A program made the position numbers and the translations under genes. Under the pieces are notes generated by a model. That model saw nothing but the letters and a program-made list of their open reading frames with translations. It was not told the origin of the DNA and ran no database searches. Shown here piece by piece: positions 15,296 to 28,500 of a stretch of DNA of 64,000 nt. The DNA is from Eledone cirrhosa (lineage: Eukaryota), in assembly GCA_964016885.1 (NCBI GenBank), contig OZ024742.1:208320001-208384000 (forward strand), read 5' to 3'. Every line of letters starts with the position of its first letter. The first letter of the stretch is position 1.

Positions 15296-16464
15296 CGAAG
15301 GAGTTGTGGTAAGGAACCAGATGGACAATAACGCACAGGATTACTCAATACTTAGGGTAGTAGAGTGGCTAATAGGAAAATGTATGTAATTGGTGTAGAG
15401 TTTATCCAGGTCTTCAGCGGCACAAAGGTAGTATGGTCTCTTATTTCTGTTTTACGATCTAACTTTAGCTAGGATTCCAGTGTAACCTATATCAGGTGTG
15501 GTTTTCTTTTAGACTCCAGATATAGGCTGAAAGTGACGCTACAGACAAAAAAACACATATGTATTGAGATAATCGGACGAGTTACAGAAATCATACTGAA
15601 GATAATTAGACATTTGTTCTGTCAAAACTCAAAGATAATTAGAATGAATATATATCAACCTATAGCTCCACAACCTTTTACTCGTGTTATATCTACTCCT
15701 GTTCTTTTACCATATTTCATCTACGCATACTTTCTGTTCGTTCCGCTTTCTTATACATGTGGGGTGTTTAAGTGATTGTGTCAGTCTATTCTTTTTAGGC
15801 CAGTATACACACGTATGAAAGCATTTAAGATAATAGGCAAGATTTGATTGATCTGAGTAGATGGTGTGTTTGCTTACGGCTCCATGTGCAAGACATCCAA
15901 TTTTCTCTCATTACCCTCGATGCTGCTGTAACTCATGCTTATTCTGCAACTGCTACCGTTGCTATTGCTGTGCCCTCTATTATGGCTATTCTGACACTTG
16001 TTCTTGACATAATTCTCGTCGTTGCTAATGTTATCATTAATTTATGGTTTTCGTTTCTTTCTGTTGTGGTTGCCTTAAATTAAATTTGCGATGGCAGCCA
16101 TTAGTTACGTCTCTATGGCACCTTAATAAGTCTGTCAGGAAGCAGGCTTGGTTTATGAAAAATATATCTAGAATGGCAGACGGCAGTCTAGATTGGTTCG
16201 GAGTGTGTGGTAACGATTATTTCACTGTTACAGATTCATACTAGCCTTGTCCTATGGGTGCATATAAAATTGGAATTCAGATTCCCATGTTACGTAATTA
16301 AGATATATTTTCATTTGCATGCCTGTGCTGCACCAGGCTTACGGATGTATATGGCTTCTGATGTTTACTGAGTCATTGGATGTGCTTACATAAATATGAG
16401 TTCTTCTGTGTTCTTTTAAGTATATTGTTGTGAATATGAATTTGTGTTTCTTGCATATATATAT

Positions 16465-16525
<61 letters not shown>

Positions 16526-17539
16526 TTTTACACATTTATATATATGAGTTTGAAGAACAGTCAAATATTTTTTAGAACCATCTTTCATCATATGCCCACT
16601 TGATTAATGTTGACATTGGTCTAAACAACACCCAATACAATTTTAGAAAATAGTACAAATGGTACCTTACTTTCCTATGTCATTCCTTTTCTTCTTCATT
16701 CTCTCATTTTACATTATTTTCTTCAATACACCACTTTTTCTATAACCTTTCCACTCTTGATTCTCTAGACTTACATTTTCCTTGTTTTTAACACTTCGCT
16801 ACGTTCCACATGTATCCAATATATCTTCAACTTTTTTTGTTACTTCTCATATTGTCTTGCCATTAATCTCCCTTTCCCTCACAAAACGTTTTACAAATGA
16901 TAACGAGCTTATTACGTGTAGCATCGATCTAAATTATTTGACAACTGTCTAAAACTCCTTTATTCCATTATTATTTTTGTACATTTTTTTAATCATCCTG
17001 AAATTCATTTTATATTTTGCCTCCTTTTATGTTATTTTACACAATTGAGAAAACGACCCTAACGTTTAAAGATAAAGAAAATCATATATAAAAGCTAGGC
17101 GTTATATATCCATGTGTGAGATGAGCTGGCATTTAACACAATGAGTAATTAAGTATCTATCCATAAGGTTAATGACACAACGTTAGAATGTGTCTTTCTT
17201 GAAGTTTTAACAGAATGTAATAGTTAGAGTAGGGTTTTATTCAAACAGGAACAATTCATTCACTGTATTAATGTAAGTTTGTAATGTACATGTTTAAGAT
17301 ATTCTATCGCATTTAAGGCAATTTACCACATATGTAATAAGATATTTCATGACATGATTGAACCAGAGAAAGAGATTATATGATACAGGCTGTAGCAATG
17401 TATCTACTTTTCAACGCAAATTCAGTAAGACAATGTGCTTCAAGATATTTTATATTAGCAGAAGTACCCGGTGTTGCCCGGTATAACTCTCAATGGATGG
17501 AGTAGTCCTTCAAATGAACCGAAAGACTTCCGTTAAACA

Positions 17540-17775
17540 CGACTATAGAAGTAACAATTTATAGGTGTTGGCCCTAAAGATGGCCTTTTAACGTTCCCTT
17601 TGAAAAATCTCTGCGGCGGTGCTGCCAGCAAAGATGAATCCGATGGTAACAATTTAAACTTGGTGGCCCTGAAGAGCGCCTTGGATCGATCACTCTTAAA
17701 AGTCTCAGCGGCAGAGCTGTCAGCAAAGACGACTCCAATTAGAGGTCGTGGCCCTTAAGAAGTCCTTCACACCTC
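17540..17775. repeat. ~95-bp degenerate subterminal tandem repeats in the Helitron 3' region
   Basis: Recurrent CAATT...TGGCCCT..AGA motif at ~17554, ~17650 and ~17736. Confidence 0.55.
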
Positions 17776-18130
17776 TTTGGTTTGCTTTGCTTGTTATTTG
17801 GGATTGTAACCTAGAAAAGCATGTAACAGTCGATGGCTACAAAAACGGCCTTGGCAAGATTACACTGGAATGTCAAAAAAATGTGTAAATAAGATGTAGG
17901 GAAAAGTAGATTAATTAGGTTAAAACTACTGAACATCGATAGCAAAGCGTAATAGCAACATATAAATGCGGAAAACGGAGACATTGAACATTTATAACGT
18001 ATAGCAAAAGCAACCTAAAAAGCGTACGTGGTATTTTCAAAAGGACAAGAATAGCACACGGATACAGCAAATGTAAGCACTTATACAAAAAAAAAAAAAA
18101 ACACCGTTTACCTGTTGGCGGATGGGGTGC

Positions 18131-21100
18131 CTACAAAACTTCCTTATAGACTATATTTTGTGTTTTCTCGCGAGCTGCAAAAGCAAATAGGTTATGTCGG
18201 CTCCCCACTCGAGAGCAGCCAACATATAGTTGACCATGGGAGAAGCACGGTTCTTCTAAATTAAGCCCTACGACCGTCACCCTCTGACCCTGCGATTTGA
18301 TAATCGACATGGCAAAACTGAGGCGGAGAGGGAATTGCAGCCTTCTGAATGTGAAAGGAATGTGTTTACCGGATGGAATGAGAGGTATCCTTGGTATGAA
18401 GACAGTATCTCCCTTACCACATCCTGTAAGTATTGTTGCCTCAATAACAAAATGGCATCGCCTTTTGGATGGCCATACGCGTGCCATTGGAAAGGTTCCA
18501 AATTTCTGAGGAGCATGACAGGGGCACATTCCTTAAGTCGCAGTAAGTGTGGTGGCAATCCGGGAGGGTCTAGGGAATTAAGAAATTATGTGGGGTAATT
18601 AACAACTTCGTCCGCATCAGCCATAGAGTCAAGGGACTTGTAGACGTGCAGGTTTCTAGGCAAGCACAGCATGAGCTGTTCATTGATGCTTCCAACTATG
18701 TGGTTTTTCGAAGCCAATATTGCGCGTTCACACGACCACTCTTAATTTGTGTAGTTCTACTCAAGATTAGGAAAAACAGACGTCCGTAACTCTGCAATTA
18801 ACTTAACGCATCTGCAAACCCCTGTGAGGTCCGCTGTACCATCTCCGTCAAGTGGGACTTTGCCATCTCCCAACAACAAAATGGCAGCAGCAAAACCCGC
18901 TGATATCTCATCACCTTGCAGTTGTGTTCTCATGTTTGTTGTAAGCGTCAGCTTTCTTACATAACACCAAAGTGGGGCGGCCTTAAGGCATGCACCAACC
19001 TCATCAGCCCACGTACCTTTTGGGATTACAGGCAGAGTCTGTCGGAAGTCCCCAGATAACAGGAAAGTGACACCTCCCATTGGTTCTGGACAGTCCCTGA
19101 TGTCTCTGAGTGATCGGTCTACTGCCTCGAAAGCCGCCCTGTGGGCCATTCTGCATTCGTCCCAAACAATTAGTAGGCAGCGCTTTAACACCGGCGCTTT
19201 TCAGGAAGACTTGCTGGTTTTGCACGCGGGTCTCAGATGATGCCACGTTGAGAGGAAGACTGAAGGCAGAATGGGCCGTCCTGCTACGAGCCAGCAAATT
19301 TGCTGCAATGCCGGAAGAAGCCACGGCCAATGCGATGTTTCCGTGTTGCCTCACTGCAGCGAGTAAAACTTTGATTACAAATGTTTTGGCCGTGCCTCCA
19401 GGTGCATCCAGGAAGAATATATACCCTCTCCCCGATTACGGATGGAATCAACGACAATGTTGTAGGCTTGTTTTTGATCCATTAGAAGTTTTGGTTCATT
19501 CTCTTCAACATACCTTTTGAGTTCGTCGACATCATATGACGTTTCACGTATAATGTCTTTGGGAATGTCAGATGGCGCATCTCGAAGTGTTTGCGGAAGC
19601 CCATATTTCTCCAAGGCATCTCCGCCCATTGAAGTCACTCTGTCTTCAATATCGATCAGAGCTCTGTTATATATAGCGTCTGAAAAGCCGACATCTAAGT
19701 TTTGAGATTGCAATTGAGCGAGACGCCTATATTCGTCTGCGAAATCATCTTTAAGCTTTTACCATAAAGAGTAAGGATCGCTCAATTCAGAGACGTGCAG
19801 GAGGATAGCAAAAAGTGCTCTTAGACTACGGGATGATTGTGAGACCAGGATGTCGAACCACCTCTTGTCCTACTTTCCTTCATAGCCAATTTGTCCGGTT
19901 CCATGTATAGTAAGACGGTATTTCAGAATACAGCAGATTTCGAGCGAGGTCGTCGTGTTGACAAAGTTTGAAAAAAGCGGTGAGTGTAGTTTCCTAGCTG
20001 AGCAGCTGTTGCATCATTGAAATACACCCGTTGACCGTTTTCACGGTGAACGGCAGTAGTTTAATGGCGGGGTGTCGTTGGTGCAGTGGGAAGCTAAAAA
20101 CGCGCCAAAAGGCTTCATTGCTGCTAATGTATCTGCCTGCTTGGTAGTCTGATACCTCGTCTCTACTGTTTTCATGAGGAAGACCAAAGACGGCAGCATC
20201 CGATACCTTGTTTATTTACTTACAAACGTATTTAATTGATTTTACTGAGTTGCAAAATTAGACGTTTATATGGGCGTTGAATGCTTTCAAAAGGAGGGGG
20301 ACTATGGCACAATCCAGCTGTTGTCGATTTCGCGTTCACCAACCTTTGCTGTGAACCCACCGTCTTCAGGTCTGCTGCGCCTATACAACGGATATCCGTC
20401 ACCGCCAGTCTGTGTTTCCTGTAAAAACGGCCTGGGATATCATTTTATGCACTTTCCGTCATGTATGCACGGGGACTTCATATTGAGTCCATGTCCGCAA
20501 GGACCATGGACAATGTTTGATGTGACTATAGAGAAGAGGTCCTTGTCAATCGACAGATCAGGTAGTTCGGCAGAAATGAATTTGTCGATGTAGTTTGAAC
20601 TGATTTTTGTAACCAACCAAATCCAGATATGGGCATGCGGCAGCCCTCGTTTCTGCTATCAACCGTGTACATGTCGCCCTGACAGGCCCCAAAACCTGTC
20701 CTTTCTTTAATAAATCCATTAATTTGGATAATTTCAGGAGAAACACTCTTGCTATGAGATCGTGCCTGTATCTTGGCGCTTGACCGTGGAATTGTAATCT
20801 CCTTCCACTTGGGATTGCATGTAAATGTTATGAAAAGGTCGGGGCGCCCATAATGTCGTACGTAGGTCATGGCGTCCTGAGTCCTCTCGTGCATGTATCG
20901 GGGTCCCCTGTGAACGCTGAAGGCAAAATACACACTTTCCCTAAATTATCTGGGGATACGTCGTTGTTAATTCCATCGCGTAAATGAATGTAGCATTCCG
21001 ATCGAAGTTTCTTTTGATTTAATTTAATGAATCATAATCTCTCGGACTCCATTTTAACGGCCATATCAACAGCACATTCTTGGAAAAGGTCCCGAGAAAG

Positions 21101-21969
21101 GTGTAGATGGTTGAATGTATTGATAGTTTCCAACGAAGTAAAACTGAAGAAATTGAGGATCCTTTTCTGCCAGAGGCTGAATAGAACCTATCAAGTGATA
21201 GATCTGCCCCTGGACTTTGAAAGTTAGCATGAACCCACGTTCCGAGGCAAGCTTTGCTCCGAAGGATGTCATCTGAAACGCGGAATTGTAGCGGCGGATA
21301 TTACGCAGAAACTTCGATGATTCCTCCGTCGTGTCTGTCAAAAGGAGTTGCAATGTCTCTGGAGTGTCGTGAATAGGAAGTAGTCTAAATTTACCGTTTG
21401 AACAGCACATTCCATCTCTCTCCCTGGCCAATTTTTCGTACGACAAAACTGGCAAGTAGAGGTCATTTCCCAAATTTGAATATCTGCATGGACGGCGTAG
21501 TCAGAGGAGGGGTCGTAGTTAAAGGCCTTCAACAACCATCGTGAATTGCAAGTCCTAGAAATGCCATGTAACCCTGTTCACTTTGAAGAAGTCGGCCACG
21601 TCGTTGCTCTATGATTTCAATATTTCGTGCAGCAGCAGTGGCAGTGGCGTCTCTGCTTCGTCGAACGGCGCGTCGTCTTTCATCCTCTCGTGCGCGATCA
21701 GCGAATGTTGCAGTGGCGGCCCTGCTACGTCGAACGGCACGTCGTCATTCATCCTCTCGTGTGCGAGCAGCAGCAGTCGCGGAAGTACTTTTGTTCCGTC
21801 GAAGTTCACGCCAACTGTCATCCTCCTCCGCTCTTGCAGCTGCCGTCTGCACAGCATTCTGTGAGAGCCTGATCGCAGTTGCATTTACATCTTCGGTGAG
21901 ACGCCTTCGCTTAGACCTACTTGCATCATTAGATAATCGACCAATGAGAGTTCATTTCTTGGGGGGCAT
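18131..21969 (-). pseudogene. Helitron RepHel (HUH Rep plus PIF1-type SF1B helicase); many stops and frameshifts
   Basis: IRRYNSAFQMTSFG, FKVQGQIYH, YGRPDLFITFTCNP, ASSGIAA, LIVWDE, GDFRQTLPV, QFPLRLSFAMSIIKSQGQ, FSHGQLYVGCSRV. Confidence 0.9.
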
Positions 21970-22254
21970 TGTTTTTAGAAAATTAACCAGGGAGAAAGAT
22001 AAATAGTGGGCAAATAACGTTTAAGTAAGCAAAAAAACACGGTTATAAATTGTCAAAAAATGTGATAAATCTATGTGGTCTGAGAACGTGGGTATGTTTA
22101 GCAAGATTTGTTTACTAGTCAAATTTCAGGTTTTAAGTTAGGGGCAACGCAAAGTAAGTACTAACCATTGAAAGGATACAGGCAAAAATGACCAAAAAAT
22201 CACAGCATGATAAACTAGAACGTTATGACCATAAACACATTAACTAAACCTCCT

Positions 22255-22680
22255 TTAACCCTTTAGTGTTCAAACCGGCCGAAATTATTTCCCCTTCATT
22301 TGTTCAAACCGCCCAAAACCACCGTAACACCCACACTTAAATATAGTTCTAAAAATAAACAATACCGTCATCAAAATCTCGTCAATTCGAGATTACTGCG
22401 AGCGAGATTAATCCCTTAACGCGAAAATTAACACTTAATATAATGAAACAACTTAAAACAACACGTATTTTTTTAACGTTGAAAGTAGAACATTTTTTTT
22501 TTGTATCAACAAGTTTTTACACACGACGACATTCAAAATGAACAAGAAACAAAAGATAATATTAGTGGTTTATCTTCAAATGAATCAGATGTTTACATTT
22601 CTGAAATTTCATCCAATGATGATTGTTGTTTTGAAAGTGAAAACGAAGATCGAACGTAAACTTCAAAAGTTATCAGGTAC
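22255..22680 (+). mobile_element. Putative piggyBac-like left-end fragment nested in the Helitron
   Basis: TTAA-CCCTTT terminus followed by an acidic S/D/E-rich reading (SNESDVYISEISSNDDCCFESENED); no right end found. Confidence 0.4.
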
Positions 22681-22951
22681 TAATACAGTGTTAATGTGAA
22701 CTTCAATAGATAAGTCGAAGGGAGTAGCTTAAGGGGGCTACCTGCACCTGGGGGCCTCCACAATCGATGTACGGAAAAATAAAATAGCCTACGACGCGTA
22801 ATAGGACTTCAGAAACCTATGTATGAAAGTTGGTGCAAATCAGTTGTAAAATGTAGAAATACATGCGGTTACACAAACAGACAGACATCTTCTGTTTTAT
22901 ATATATAGACTACCAGAAAACCACCCGTGAGGGGGGGGGGGGTTCTGCTAG

Positions 22952-23150
22952 TCTATATATCTAAAACAGAGAATGTCTGTCTGTCTGTCAGCTCACTAAA
23001 ACTTGAGAACCATACAACCGATTGTTTTCAAACTTTAGACATGTAATACTTATGGTCCTGTCAGTGTTTTGAGCAAAAATTATTTCAAATTGTCAATGCC
23101 CTAGGGACCGCTTTAGGCGATTTAGCGTTCTCTCTATATAAGTCTTAGTC
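22952..23150 (+). mobile_element. 5' portion of a second, non-autonomous Helitron-like element, divergent from the first
   Basis: tctatatatctaaaacagagaatgtctgtctg mirrors the 5' terminus at 22909; right boundary uncertain. Confidence 0.6.
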
Positions 23151-23245
23151 TTTCTTTTTAGATAGATACATAGATATAACGTTGCGCCCTTACAATATCT
23201 GTCTGTATGTCTGGCTGTCTGCATTACGTCATTATGACGCGCTCT

Positions 23246-23429
23246 GGATTGGCAGTATCGGTAGAGGGTCGGACGCCATGCTTTCCAGCATAGTTACGTC
23301 CCTTTACGATCTGAGTTCAAATCCCGCCGAGGTTAACTTTGCCTTTCATCCTTACGGGGTCGATAAAATAAAGTACCAGTAATGCACTGGGTAATTTGCT
23401 GGCCTTGTGCCTAAAGTAGAAACAATTAT
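23246..23429 (+). mobile_element. tRNA-derived SINE
   Basis: A box TGGCAGTATCGG, B box GTTCAAATCC, same body as 14969-15150. Confidence 0.85.
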
Positions 23430-25057
23430 GACGCGCTCAGCGCGATTCCCTCGGCCTCAGTGACCAAAGTCAGTGGAGAGGGGAAGGTAATGTTTCTGTA
23501 GCACGTGTTTTAGCATCTATTCACTCTCTCCCCCTCTCTCCCTCCCGCTATCCCCCTCTCGTAGTCTGTCTCTTTCTTTCACTCTCACTCTCTCTCTACG
23601 CACGTGTTTCCACTGTCGGACAGACAGACAGAGAAATTGCTGGTTAAGTAGATTTCAGCGAATAATTTTACAACATTAAACCCTAAAGGCCTTTAACAAG
23701 GTTGTAGCTGCAATGTTTTACGATGTTGTCTCAGTAAGACAATTTTAGCCAGTAAGACAATTTATGACTTTACATTTCTCTATAGAATCATAAATATTTT
23801 CGTTAAAATAAGAATTGAGCTTTATTACATCAAAACAATTTAATGTTTTATATTTTATAGTCAGTAAAATACACTATTAACACCCTTAATTTGCTTCACA
23901 GTATTAACAGTTTTAGGATATTAACAATATCAAGTCTGTATAATGGATTAACGTTAAGAATTTAAGGCTGATGAAAACTGAAGAGAAAAAATTGTTATAT
24001 ATTCCTGAATGTTAGGGTTGCAGTCATACATTATGTTGACGCTTCTTGAAATGAGGATGTTATAAATACATTGATACTGCCATGACTATACATTTACCTA
24101 AGGTTTATAATTCATTCTTTCACTAAACAATGTGGTTTTACGATACAAGCAACATAGAGTATAGCACCCTTCATGCTAACATATAACTTAAACAAAAGCG
24201 CTATAATGGCTATTATAATTATATGTTTCGACCCTGTTTCCTTTATCACAACTAGTACTCCAATATCATTAATATAAGACTATTAGTGGTACATCGTATC
24301 ATGTTATCTCAATTTTGCAAAACAGTCTAAATATTTTGTTTGAAGCGTTTCATGATCAATTTTGTTACCAATATCTTTTTTTAAATACAATCAACACAAT
24401 TATTAATTGCCACATCGAAAGTATATGTGGAAAATGAGGAAAATAATTATATAATTATTGTTTGTAATTTTGTAGTGTTAATTTCATTTTTCCGTCGCAC
24501 TTGTGGCAATGTGACAACCGATTAGTATTTCTATTTTTAAAATCAAATGTAGCCCCGTAGGGATTGTATATTCATTATTGTGTGGTTAAGTAGATATCTG
24601 CGTTGGTTCAAAAGTATCTAACTTCTGTCCAGTGTGTATGTTTCTTGGATTAAGACAAAAAGTTCTATTACGCATAGTATATTAGTTTACAAATGTCCAG
24701 CCTCAAGTTTTCTCGGGGCTATTAGAATCTTTTTACTTTCAATATCCTTCAGTTTCCATTAGTTGTGTAACAGGGGGATACACAGTATTCTATCGATGAA
24801 TCTGAATGGATAAGGGTGCTAGTTTATTTGCCTTTAAAGATGCTATCTTTGTGTCTAACGAAATTTCTCTGGATGAAGTTGTCTTGCTGTTACAATGGCT
24901 CTCTATATAATCGCCTTATGAATGGTTGTTTTAGTGGATCTGCTGATGTAAGTTAGCAATTGCGGTGAGGGTCGGGTGAAGGTTTCCTGACTGGTTATAG
25001 GTTTTCAATTGTATTGTGAGATATTTCTGACATTAGTTTCGAAGCAGTCGCGTTTCT

Positions 25058-25137
25058 ATACATACATACATACATGATGGCTGCCCCCTCGTTATCGAGT
25101 ATGGCCATTGCACAATAAAAAAAAAAAAAAAAAAAAA

Positions 25138-25197
<60 letters not shown>

Positions 25198-25228
25198 GAA
25201 AAAAAAAAAAAAAAAAAAAAGGGAAAAG

Positions 25229-25261
<33 letters not shown>

Positions 25262-25381
25262 TATACATATATATATACATACACATATATATACACACAC
25301 ATACATACACATACATACATATATACACACACACATACATACACATACACTCACACATATATACACACATACATTAATAAC

Positions 25382-25427
<46 letters not shown>

Positions 25428-25506
25428 GCAATAATATTAATAACGACAACAACAACAATAATATACATATTCATATATATATACACACACACGCACGCAC
25501 ATAAGC

Positions 25507-25544
<38 letters not shown>

Positions 25545-28500
25545 GATAGCAACTAACAGTGCTGCGATCGAATGTGGCTTTTTAGCCCAGCCAATGATCT
25601 AAAATGTCTTGCACAGAGTCGGCAACCAAAACATTTACTGGGAATAGTCGGCTGTGGTTGGAGTTCGTGTACTTTTGCATGTCGCTTGAGTCCTCCTGCT
25701 GATTTACATTCTCTACCACATGTTTGGCAAGCATGATGAGTAGCATCTCCAACAGCAGCCTGGTAGTCAACCACTGGTCTTACTTTATGACTGCGAAGAT
25801 GACTTTCGAGTCCAGCTTTGCTTAGGCAGAGTCTCGCACAGACGCTGCATGTCAGAAACATAGGAGGACCCTCGCCGTCTGGAAGTGCAACAGCAATACC
25901 CTTCCTCACGTCCCGCTTTACTTTCTCGTGTGCGATTCGAGATGCCTCAAAGGCAACTTTTCCCTCATATACAGTCTTTCTCCATTTATTACGATCAGCA
26001 GCAATATTTTCCCATGTATCAGCAGAGATGTTAGCGTCTTTCAGAGAGGCCTTCAAGGAATCCTTATACCTCTTTTTTGGTTTATGTGGCGGTCGTTTTC
26101 CTTTAACCAACTCTCCATAGAAGAGTTGTTTTGGTATTCTAGAATCCTTCATCCTGGCAAGGTGACCACTCCAACGGAGTCGCTGCTTAAGCACAAGAGC
26201 TTCTATACTGTCACACATAGAGCTTTCCAAAATCTCGACATCACTGATGTGGTCCCTCCAGCGAACGCCATGTATCCGTCTGAGACACATCTGATGGAAA
26301 CGCTCCAATTGCCTAAGGTGGCGTCGATATGTGACCCAGGTCTCGCAGGCATAAAGAAGACAAGAGAGTACACATGCCCTGTACACCCTTACCTTTGTCC
26401 TCCTGCATATGTCTCGCCGACCCCAGAGTCGCCTTTCTAGCTTTCCGAAAGCATCACTTGCTTTCCTAATCCTAAGTGAGATTTCACTGTCAAGGTTGCC
26501 GTATCGATTGACAGTGCTTCCCAGGTAGACAAACTGATCAACCACTCCAAGTCGTTTGCCATACACATAGATGTTTGGTTCAGTGTACTGCCTACCAGGT
26601 GCAGGTTGGTACATGACGACGGTTTTCTTGAGACTGACAGTCAAACCCAGGGCAGTGCAAGCGTCAGAAAATACATTCAAAATGTGCTGCATATCACTCT
26701 CTGTGTGCGCTACAAGATCGCAATCATCTGCATACAAGAGGTCTCTTATGACCGATGTAAATACCTTTGTCTTCGCAGCAAAGCGCCTGATGTTAAATAT
26801 GCTGCCTGAGGTTCGATATCGGATGTAAACACCATGCTCGCAATTCCTGAATGCAACACAGAAAACCATTGCAAAGTATATGGCAAACAGGGTCGGTGCT
26901 GGAATATCCCCCTGTTTCACTCCATTTTTTACTGAGATAGGCTCCGACATGTTACCTCCGACATTAACCCAAGCCCTCATGTCGTCATGGAAAGACCTAA
27001 CTAAAGCAAGGAACTTATCAGGGCAACCAAGTTTCTGGAGAATCTTCCATAATGCATCTCTGTTGACAGTATCGAAAGCCTTTGTCAGATCGACAAAAAC
27101 CTGATACAGATCCAAGCCCTGTTCAATGCACTTCTCCTGGAGCTGTCTAGCTGAGAAGATCATATCAGTAGTGCCGCGTCCAACACGAAAACCAGATTGA
27201 CTTTCAGGAAGGACACAATCTGCAATGTGTGTCAGCAGACGGTCCAGAAGCACCCTACATAAAACTTTCCCCACGACAGAAAGCAATGATATACCTCTGT
27301 AGTTCCCACAATCATTCCTGTTACCCTTTCCCTTGTACAAGACCACCATTACTGCATCTCTCCAGTCCTCAGGCACGGATTCATTAGCCCATATCCTTCC
27401 AAACAGAGAGTGAAGATGTTGCAGGAGTCTCTCACCACCATATTGTAGGAGCTCAGCATGTATGCCATCCATACCTGGAGATCTTCCACTGTTCAGCTTC
27501 GAAATAGCCACTGCAACCTCCACAAGTGTCGGAGGTTCTGCGAGAGCTACTTTCACAGGACTTTCCGGAATGAGATTGAGGAAATCTTCACTGACGACAG
27601 ACGGCTGATTCAAAAGATCATCAAAGTGCTCTCGCCACCTTCGTAGAATTCCCTGTGAGTCACGAAGAAGTTCTTTGCCATCCCTGCTGCGAATCGGTGT
27701 CACCAGAGAAGAAGACGGTCCATAAACCTCACGCAAGAGACTGTACAACAGCTTTGTGTTATTGCAATCAGACGCAGTTTGTATCTCACCAGCCTTCTCA
27801 CTCCACCACTGATCCTTCATCTGAGAAAGACTCCGCCTAACACGTGATTTTACATCCCTGAGCTCCTCATGCAACGTATTCCTCTCCTGTGGTTTTGCCG
27901 TCAAGTAGCGTGACAGAGCACGCCTCTTATCAGCCAACAAGTCTTCTATATGTACATCATTCTCATTAAACCAGTCCTGATGTTTTCTCTGCACCAATCC
28001 CAGAACACGCCTGCCTACATCATAAACCGACTTTTTAAGGGTCGGCCAATCCTCACCAAGATCTGCAGCCTGCATCTCTTCTTCCAATGTCCTCTTCACA
28101 TTTTTATCCTTAAGACGAGCAGCATTCAATCTTTTGGGCAGGGTAACACCAGGAGCCCGGATTTTACGTTTGGTGATTAGATTCACTTTTGCGCGCACCA
28201 GGCGGTGGTCCGTCCAGCACTCAGCTCCACGAAGAACACGAACACACTGCACATCCTGTCTGTCACGCATCCTGACTAGGACGTAGTCCAAAAGATGCCA
28301 TTCCTTAGATGCAGGATGCATCCATGTGGTCTTGAATTTGTTCTTTTGTTGGAACATGGTGTTGGTAACACACAGATCTAGCTCCTCACACATCTGCAGC
28401 AAGAGCATACCATTGCTGTTACACTTTCCCACCCCATGCCTTCCGATTACATTCCATGTGTTAAAATCCCTACCCACTCTAGCATTAAAGTCACCAAGCA

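Larger units (their letters stand above)
17455..22909 (-). mobile_element. Helitron (decayed, formerly autonomous)
   Basis: 5' TC end (tctatatatataaaacagaag); 3' hairpin CCGGGCAACACCGGG followed by CTAA; internal Rep and PIF1 helicase remnants. Confidence 0.9.

Noticed and set aside
23246-23335. tRNA gene
   Set aside because: A and B boxes continue into a SINE body, occur in four dispersed copies and form no cloverleaf
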